Assembly: GCA_023136205.1 (NCBI GenBank)
Contig: JAGLRQ010000124.1
Location: 1-14,017 of the forward strand
Length of the DNA stretch: 14,017 nt
Source of the DNA: Candidatus Auribacterota bacterium
GTDB lineage: Bacteria > Auribacterota > UBA6266
Direction: 5' to 3'
A model generated the notes under the pieces. The model did not search any database, was not told the origin of the DNA, and was given only the letters and a program-made list of their open reading frames with translations. A program made the position numbers and the translations under genes. Positions 7,417 through 12,286 of the stretch are shown here, piece after piece; within the stretch, counting starts at the first letter, position 1, and every line of letters starts with the position of its first letter.

Positions 7417-7445
7417 AATTAATAATTTTAAATTAATAATTTTTA
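7417..7445. repeat. Tandem duplication of a 14 nt AT-only unit (AATTAATAATTTTA)
   Basis: aattaataatttta at 7417..7430 is followed by aattaataattttta at 7431..7445, which has one extra T. Confidence 0.7.
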
Positions 7446-7495
7446 AATCTGTGTTCATCTGTGGTTATTTTTTCTTTCTTTTTTTAATTCTAATA

Positions 7496-7519
7496 AGATA
7501 CTATTCACTAGATACTATT
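7496..7519. repeat. Direct repeat AGATACTATT x2 with 14 nt period, immediately 3' of the GspK-like stop codon
   Basis: agatactatt occurs at 7496..7505 and again at 7510..7519, separated by cact. The stop codon TAA of the upstream gene is at 7523..7521. Confidence 0.7.
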
Positions 7520-7520
7520 T

Positions 7521-9161
7521 TTACTCTCTCCAGTATTTTTGCGGTGTTTCACCTATATATGTCGGCAACGCAAAAGTTCCCGTCGAGTCTGGATAGTAAG
7601 TCGGAGCATAATTATAAGTTTCACCATATATACTCCTTACTGTTCTCCGAAGCCCTCCGTCTTCACCCACAGCAGAAATAAGAAAAGTATTTGTATAATA
7701 ACAAAATTCTGTTCCGGTTTCATTATTATTATTCCAACTCCAACTGTCAGGCGGGGACGAGGGCAAGTTCTTGTTATAAAATGAGGCATCGGCATTTTCC
7801 CTTACCATATCTCTTTGATCCGCCCCCAGTATTGAACTTTTTTCTTCCAGGTAATAAGCAAATGCCTGAAGATTTTCATCTTTATCCTTATAATCCATAG
7901 ACGAACTCATATGTGTAAAAGGAGACGTTATCCTATCCGCTACAATTTCACTGGCCAAATCATCCGCACTGGTGCCTCCCAGTGAAATTGTCTTGAATAA
8001 AGCCTTTAACACTGTTATCGAAGCTGTATTAATATTTATAGGAGCTCTGGATCCTGTTGTTCTTGTAACCCGGTTATTCACCCAGGAATAAACAGTTATA
8101 TAATACTTCAGAGCATCGAAGTCTCCGGAATCCAGCGCGGCAGGATTTGAAATCTGTTTCACTTCTTCAATTGTATTAAACCACCCGACATTGCCTCTGT
8201 AATTCACAATAGCAGCTGCTTTATTGGCCGCATCCGTAATGGAAAGTTCTTCCATTAATCTTTGCAACAGTAACTGTGAAGCATAATTTAAATGCACCTT
8301 TGAAGATTCATCAGAAACTGTTATGCTCTCAATAGCAGCACTTCCCATGGAGAATGGAAGCGATACATAAGACCCTGATGCCCAGGGTTCGGTTAACGTA
8401 TCACATTCAAGGACAAGCTCTAACCCCAGCCAATCGATTTCGGCTTTTCTACCTTTTATGTTGCCTGAGTTTGTCCTCAGCGCTCTTATTTGAAAATTAG
8501 CTGTGTTCATAATAGAGCTCCAGTTGCCGGGTGCAAGAGCATCGCGATAGTAATTTGTCCATCCAGCCTTGCTTAATGTTATAGCCGAACCAACATCTAT
8601 CCACTTACTTCCGCCGTTTATTGTGTACTGCAACTGAATAACCGGATTGGGTTTTTTGCCCCCTGATCTCCGGGCCCACATCACTAAGCGCATGCTTTTT
8701 ATCCTTGTGCCGATCATATTTACCCTCTGCTGAAAATCCCACACTTTAACATATGTTCCGGCGGGATTAAAAATCGCGTTCAACGTAGTATAAAAAGCTG
8801 AGTCTTGGCCAAGCATCGGATTTGTCGCATAAAAACAGGCTCTATCATAATCGCTTCCATTATCTCCATCGGCCAAATACCCGTCAAAAAACACTGTCCC
8901 GCAATATCCATTAGCCGTTGGATCCGCAGTTGGCGCTGACGCATCTCTGTCGTCGTTGACCGCCCGGCATCCCTTCTGGACTCCACCCTCAGCCGCCCAG
9001 AAAGCTTTCGCGTCACCCAACTGAAATCCAATATTTCTGGTTTCAACTGAAACCATGGTTAAATAGGCGGCAATTATCGCGGACAGCACCACCATTAATA
9101 TAAGAGTGAAAAGGAGGGTCATCCCTTTTTCTGTGTTTCGCTCACTCTGAGTAACTCGCAT
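7521..9161 (-). CDS. Oversized GspK-like (PilX_N + T2SS-K-like) minor pseudopilin with a large extra domain; probable filament-tip protein
   Basis: Prepilin-like site NTEKG|MTLLFTLILMVVLSAIIAAYL with Phe instead of Glu at +5, a known GspK hallmark. PilX_N-like AKAFWAAEGGVQKG. GspK-type motifs AAAIVNYRGNVGWFNTIEEVKQI and APININTASITVLKAL (ININTA at nt 8039..8022). GspK-like C-terminus FLISAVGEDGGLRRTVRSIY. The track ORF starts at TTG 9218. I prefer ATG 9161 (AAGGG 10 nt upstream), which gives a 13 aa leader MRVTQSERNTEKG. Confidence 0.75.
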   Translation of the reverse strand: MRVTQSERNTEKGMTLLFTLILMVVLSAIIAAYLTMVSVETRNIGFQLGDAKAFWAAEGGVQKGCRAVNDDRDASAPTADPTANGYCGTVFFDGYLADGDNGSDYDRACFYATNPMLGQDSAFYTTLNAIFNPAGTYVKVWDFQQRVNMIGTRIKSMRLVMWARRSGGKKPNPVIQLQYTINGGSKWIDVGSAITLSKAGWTNYYRDALAPGNWSSIMNTANFQIRALRTNSGNIKGRKAEIDWLGLELVLECDTLTEPWASGSYVSLPFSMGSAAIESITVSDESSKVHLNYASQLLLQRLMEELSITDAANKAAAIVNYRGNVGWFNTIEEVKQISNPAALDSGDFDALKYYITVYSWVNNRVTRTTGSRAPININTASITVLKALFKTISLGGTSADDLASEIVADRITSPFTHMSSSMDYKDKDENLQAFAYYLEEKSSILGADQRDMVRENADASFYNKNLPSSPPDSWSWNNNNETGTEFCYYTNTFLISAVGEDGGLRRTVRSIYGETYNYAPTYYPDSTGTFALPTYIGETPQKYWRE

Positions 9162-9218
9162 ATGTAAATTACCCTTGTTATTTTTTAACCGCAGAGAACA
9201 CCTGAACCTAGAAAACAA

Positions 9219-9309
9219 ATTCTAAATCCAAAACCCTAATATCCTAAACATTTATTTTTGTTTGAAATTTTTGATATATGTTTAGAGCTTCGAATTTAGA
9301 ATTTAGGAT
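9219..9309. promoter_or_regulatory. Convergent array of AT(T/C)CTAAA / TTTAG(A/G)AT 8-9-mers in the leader/upstream region of the GspK-like gene
   Basis: Forward units: attctaaat 9219..9227, ccctaat 9234..9240, atcctaaa 9241..9248. Reverse units: gtttagag 9280..9287, atttagaat 9294..9302 (exact reverse complement of 9219..9227), tttaggat 9302..9309 (exact reverse complement of 9241..9248). Confidence 0.5.
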
Positions 9310-9410
9310 TTCCTCTTTTTCTTATGCTCAGGATTTTTATTATTATATTATTACGTTAATATATATGATATACGGTGCATTATTCAAGAATAGTATTTAG
9401 TTATCGCTTT

Positions 9411-9445
9411 ATATAAAAAAATGGAGCAAGGTAAACCCTTGCTCC
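9411..9445 (-). terminator. Rho-independent terminator after the GspJ-like gene
   Basis: Minus-strand RNA GGAGCAAGG-GUUUA-CCUUGCUCC forms a perfect 9 bp stem with 6 G:C pairs (9445..9437 pairs with 9431..9423). It is followed by A + UUUUUUU (9421..9415). The hairpin begins 42 nt after the TAA at 9490..9488. Confidence 0.8.
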
Positions 9446-9487
9446 TCCCCAACAATTATTCTTTAACCGGCTGGAACATACGCAGTT

Positions 9488-10057
9488 TTACAGGTTTCTC
9501 GGCCGGACATTCGACCTTATAGTTATCGTTTCATCCTCTTTTTTAGTAGTCAAGTTTATTGTAATCAATCTTACATTTACTGGCGTCACAGGAAAAACCA
9601 GGGAGTTTCCATTTCCATCATAATAATTTAACTGGAAAGATTGGACATCGTGTGATAGAACGCTTGTGATTATACCATCGCTTCTGATCAGGTTATCGCC
9701 CGGAGTACCGGCCCAACTATAGGTTATGGACTCGTCACCATCCTGGATACCATTCTCATTTACATCCGGCCAGAAAACTATGCTGTTTTGTTCAGCTGTA
9801 GTAATCAGGAGCAGCTCTTTCAACTCCCTGTCCATCTTCTCTATACCCCAGCCGGCTTCCTGTTTAACCTGAGCTTTAACAGCCTCAAAATTCCAGGATT
9901 TAGACACCGCCACAAAAACAGATGAGATCACAGCGACCAAAATGCTTATCAATGCGACCACCATTAAAAGCTCAACTAAAGTAAGGCCTTTTTTACTCAC
10001 CTTGTATTTGTATGGCTTTCTGTTTTTGTTAGTTGCTATTCTATAAATCCGAAACAT
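9488..10057 (-). CDS. GspJ/PilW-like minor pseudopilin (prepilin-type N-terminal cleavage/methylation domain)
   Basis: 189 aa. Prepilin site KKG|LTLVELLMVVALISILVAVI with Glu+5. Later FQLNYYDGNGN is typical of PulJ/PilW-type proteins (f.f.Y.D..g). The leader is unusually long from ATG 10057 (24 aa). An alternative GTG at 10000 would give MSKKG|LTLVELL. 17 nt overlap with the upstream gene when ATG 10057 is used. Confidence 0.7.
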   Translation of the reverse strand: MFRIYRIATNKNRKPYKYKVSKKGLTLVELLMVVALISILVAVISSVFVAVSKSWNFEAVKAQVKQEAGWGIEKMDRELKELLLITTAEQNSIVFWPDVNENGIQDGDESITYSWAGTPGDNLIRSDGIITSVLSHDVQSFQLNYYDGNGNSLVFPVTPVNVRLITINLTTKKEDETITIRSNVRPRNL

Positions 10058-10412
10058 ACGTTATTAGTGAAACTGTCTGTTCCTGATCTCTAACCGCCCA
10101 ATAAACATTAACTGTAATTAGTTTTAATCCGGCTTGGGGCGTAGATACAATTAGCTCCCGCTGGAAAAAACTAAAAGAGGACAACTGTGCTTTTGCTTCG
10201 CCGCTTATGTCAGCGTAAGCCTTGTTTTTAATCTCTTCAAGCTTCTCCCGGGCTAAATTTGTAGCCACCAGTGTGTGTTGAGTATCTTCAGCGGCAACCA
10301 TACCCATACCAAACACCTGTATCAATGCCACTACCCCGGAACTGAAAAGGACAATGGTAAGGAGAACTTCAAGAAACGTAAACCCATTCTTCTCTGCCAA
10401 TCCGGCACCCAT
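10041..10412 (-). CDS. GspI/PilV-like small minor pseudopilin
   Basis: 123 aa. Prepilin site EKNG|FTFLEVLLTIVLFSSGVVAL with Glu+5. Its size and the LAREKLEEIK helix pattern resemble GspI-type minor pseudopilins. Confidence 0.7.
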   Translation of the reverse strand: MGAGLAEKNGFTFLEVLLTIVLFSSGVVALIQVFGMGMVAAEDTQHTLVATNLAREKLEEIKNKAYADISGEAKAQLSSFSFFQRELIVSTPQAGLKLITVNVYWAVRDQEQTVSLITYVSDL

Positions 10413-10441
10413 TTTTATTCTGTTTCCGCTAATCCGTGTTT

Positions 10442-10900
10442 TTAGAACCCGCTTCCATTAGTAGAATAAGGATCATCGTCGTCCGCGCCTGTCAGGACTC
10501 CGGCATCACTTATACCTGTAATGTCATAGGCCTCATCGGGGCCCGCCGAGAAAACCACATAATATTTTCCGCTGGCCGAACGTTTATAATTATACTCAGT
10601 GGTTGAAGTGGCGCCAAAAGGATCATAAAGCTCAACTTCAATAAGCCGCGGCTTGGCTGTTAACAGATTGGTAGCACATACAGTGGTTGTAGTAGCCGGA
10701 TACGCATGCGGGCTCTGGTGTATATAATAGGACTCCAGTGACGTTTTAAGCGCCCGCAGTTCCCCATTCGACTTGGCAACATTGGCTTCATCCTTCATAC
10801 CCTTGAACCTCGGCAGGGCAATACCTACAAGAATAGCTATCACTGCCATCACAATCATAAGCTCAATTAACGTAAAGCCCCTTGCTCCCCGTGCTATCAT
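10442..10900 (-). CDS. Major (pseudo)pilin, GspG/PulG-like type IV pilin
   Basis: 152 aa. Short basic leader MIARGARG|FTLIELMIVMAVIAILVGIALPRF with Gly-1, Phe+1 and Glu+5. Only one Cys, so no D-region disulfide. Acidic C-terminus GADDDDPYSTNGSGF. Strongest SD in the window (AAGGAGGT, 10914..10907, 7 nt spacer). Confidence 0.85.
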   Translation of the reverse strand: MIARGARGFTLIELMIVMAVIAILVGIALPRFKGMKDEANVAKSNGELRALKTSLESYYIHQSPHAYPATTTTVCATNLLTAKPRLIEVELYDPFGATSTTEYNYKRSASGKYYVVFSAGPDEAYDITGISDAGVLTGADDDDPYSTNGSGF

Positions 10901-10948
10901 TCCACTACCTCCTTTTCTGTTTCCCTAAATTTACATCTCTCTTCCTCA

Positions 10949-10957
10949 ATTATACCA
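10949..10957 (-). promoter_or_regulatory. Candidate extended -10 promoter element (TGgTATAAT) for the major pilin gene
   Basis: The minus strand reads tgTGGTATAATtg, about 45 nt upstream of the pilin ATG, within the 105 nt pilC-pilin spacer. No convincing -35 is present (CGGCAT at 17 nt spacing), so activity would depend on the TGn extension. Confidence 0.3.
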
Positions 10958-11005
10958 CATTCCCGTACTTTATGCCGGAATACCGGAGTAAAATACACGC
11001 CATTT

Positions 11006-12229
11006 TTAGTGCTGAAGCGCTTTCATCATATCAAATATGGGAAGCAGCATAGATGCCATAATAAATGCCACAATACACCCGATAATAAGCAAAAATACCG
11101 GCTCAAGCAGAGCTGTTAATTTCCTTATGCTATAGTCCACCGCCATATCGTAAAAATCGGATATTTTGTTCAGCAGGCCTTCTAAATTTCCTGTTTCTTC
11201 CCCAACTGCAACCATCTGGATCATATCCGCGGGAAACTCCCCGCTGATTTTAAGGCTTTCCGCGATTGCTTCCCCTTCTTCCACACCGTCACGCGTACTC
11301 TTTATCACTCTTGCTATCACCTCATTTCCAACGACTTCGCCAGCAAGATTCAAAGACTGTAATATCGGAACCCCGCTTGCTATCATAGTAGCCAGCGTCC
11401 GGGCAAACCTTGATATATACAGCTTGCGGGCAAGAGATCCAATAATCGGGAAATTAAGCTTCAACCGATCAAATTGCAGCCTTCCCCTTTCGGTACCTAT
11501 GTATATTTTTATACCAAAACCAATAAAAATAATCCCCAGGAGAATTATCCACCAGTATTTCTTTACCCCCAATCCAATTCCATAAAGTATCATCGTCGGC
11601 AGTGGCAAAGCCACCCCCGCTCCCTTGAAAATACGAATAAAATTCGGCATAACAAACGTAACAATAAAAGTAGTAACGCCAATAGCTGTTATAATCAGGA
11701 TTAGAGGATAAAACAGGGCTCCATTTATTCTTTGCCTTATATCTGCCTGATGTTCCGCGAATACTGCCCCTCTATTTAAAACTGTAGGCAAGCTGCCGCT
11801 GACCTCACCAGCCTTTACCATGCTGACAAATAATTTGGAGAAAATGTTGGGATGTTTCGCTATTGCTTCAGAAAAAGAACCCCCGCCATCAATACTTCGG
11901 TATACGTCTCCCAGAATTTCTTTTAGCTTATTATTTTCAATTTGATCTTTTAAAGTTTTTAAAGAAGACAGAAGCGGAATACCTGAATCTATCATATTGG
12001 CAAGCTGGATATTGAACATTATTTTATCTTCGGTTCTTATCCTCTTGAACCTGTCGGCCAGCTCGGCCAGCCCCTCCATCTTAATACCAACATGCCCTTC
12101 AGTTATCTTCGTAACAACATAACCCATTTTCTGCAGCTTGCCGGCAAGCTCAGCTTCAGATACGGCATCCATATGGCCTTTCACCAGCTTACCGGCCGTA
12201 TCCCGGACTCTGTAAAGATATGTCGGCAT
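11006..12229 (-). CDS. pilC: Type IV pilus / T2SS inner-membrane platform protein (PilC/GspF/MshG family)
   Basis: 407 aa with two T2SS-F-type repeats. First repeat FNIQLANMIDSGIPLLSSL ... AGEVSGSL. Second repeat FARTLATMIASGVPILQSL ... VGEETGNL. Three hydrophobic TM blocks and the typical C-terminus LLPIFDMMKAL. Confidence 0.95.
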   Translation of the reverse strand: MPTYLYRVRDTAGKLVKGHMDAVSEAELAGKLQKMGYVVTKITEGHVGIKMEGLAELADRFKRIRTEDKIMFNIQLANMIDSGIPLLSSLKTLKDQIENNKLKEILGDVYRSIDGGGSFSEAIAKHPNIFSKLFVSMVKAGEVSGSLPTVLNRGAVFAEHQADIRQRINGALFYPLILIITAIGVTTFIVTFVMPNFIRIFKGAGVALPLPTMILYGIGLGVKKYWWIILLGIIFIGFGIKIYIGTERGRLQFDRLKLNFPIIGSLARKLYISRFARTLATMIASGVPILQSLNLAGEVVGNEVIARVIKSTRDGVEEGEAIAESLKISGEFPADMIQMVAVGEETGNLEGLLNKISDFYDMAVDYSIRKLTALLEPVFLLIIGCIVAFIMASMLLPIFDMMKALQH

Positions 12230-12286
12230 CCTATTCTATCCCCGCCCCGCGTATCAAAATCAACAACCGCAACTTCAGGATTACAG

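Noticed and set aside
7281-7464. CRISPR-like array, suggested by the repeated GCCACAGAG units
   Set aside because: The units are only 7-9 nt with irregular 8-80 nt spacing and mixed orientation. No 25-40 nt repeats with unique spacers and no cas genes are present.
7409-7681. 90 aa plus-strand ORF (TTG start) encoding a hydrophobic F/I/L-rich peptide, starting in the AT-rich spacer
   Set aside because: The composition simply reflects translation of AT-rich DNA. It uses a TTG start without an SD, and its 3' half is antisense to the conserved C-terminus of the GspK-like gene.
8780-9046. 88 aa minus-strand ORF nested out of frame inside the GspK-like gene
   Set aside because: It is R/Q/M-rich with no motif or SD, and it lies entirely inside a well-supported frame. 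It coincides with the local G+C-rich stretch, where alternative frames stay open by chance.
9162-9218. N-terminal extension of the GspK-like ORF from TTG 9218 (MFSRFRCSLRLKNNKGNLH...)
   Set aside because: It uses a TTG start without a usable SD. It would give a 32 aa leader before the G|M prepilin-like site. ATG 9161 gives a normal 13 aa basic leader. The extension also overlaps the repeat array.
9219-9487. Riboswitch (for example c-di-GMP class) or sRNA in the 269 nt spacer upstream of the K-like gene
   Set aside because: Apart from the terminator, the region is almost pure A/T. It has none of the G+C-rich conserved helices or GNRA/tetraloop-receptor features of known c-di-GMP or other riboswitch classes. 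The repeats look like DNA sites rather than a compact RNA fold.
10987-11002. Sigma54-type -24/-12 promoter upstream of the pilin gene (TGGCGTgtattTTACt on the minus strand)
   Set aside because: The GG at -24 is present, but the invariant GC at -12 is AC. The site also begins only 3 nt after the pilC stop codon. It is not convincing without knowing that rpoN and a PilR-type activator exist.
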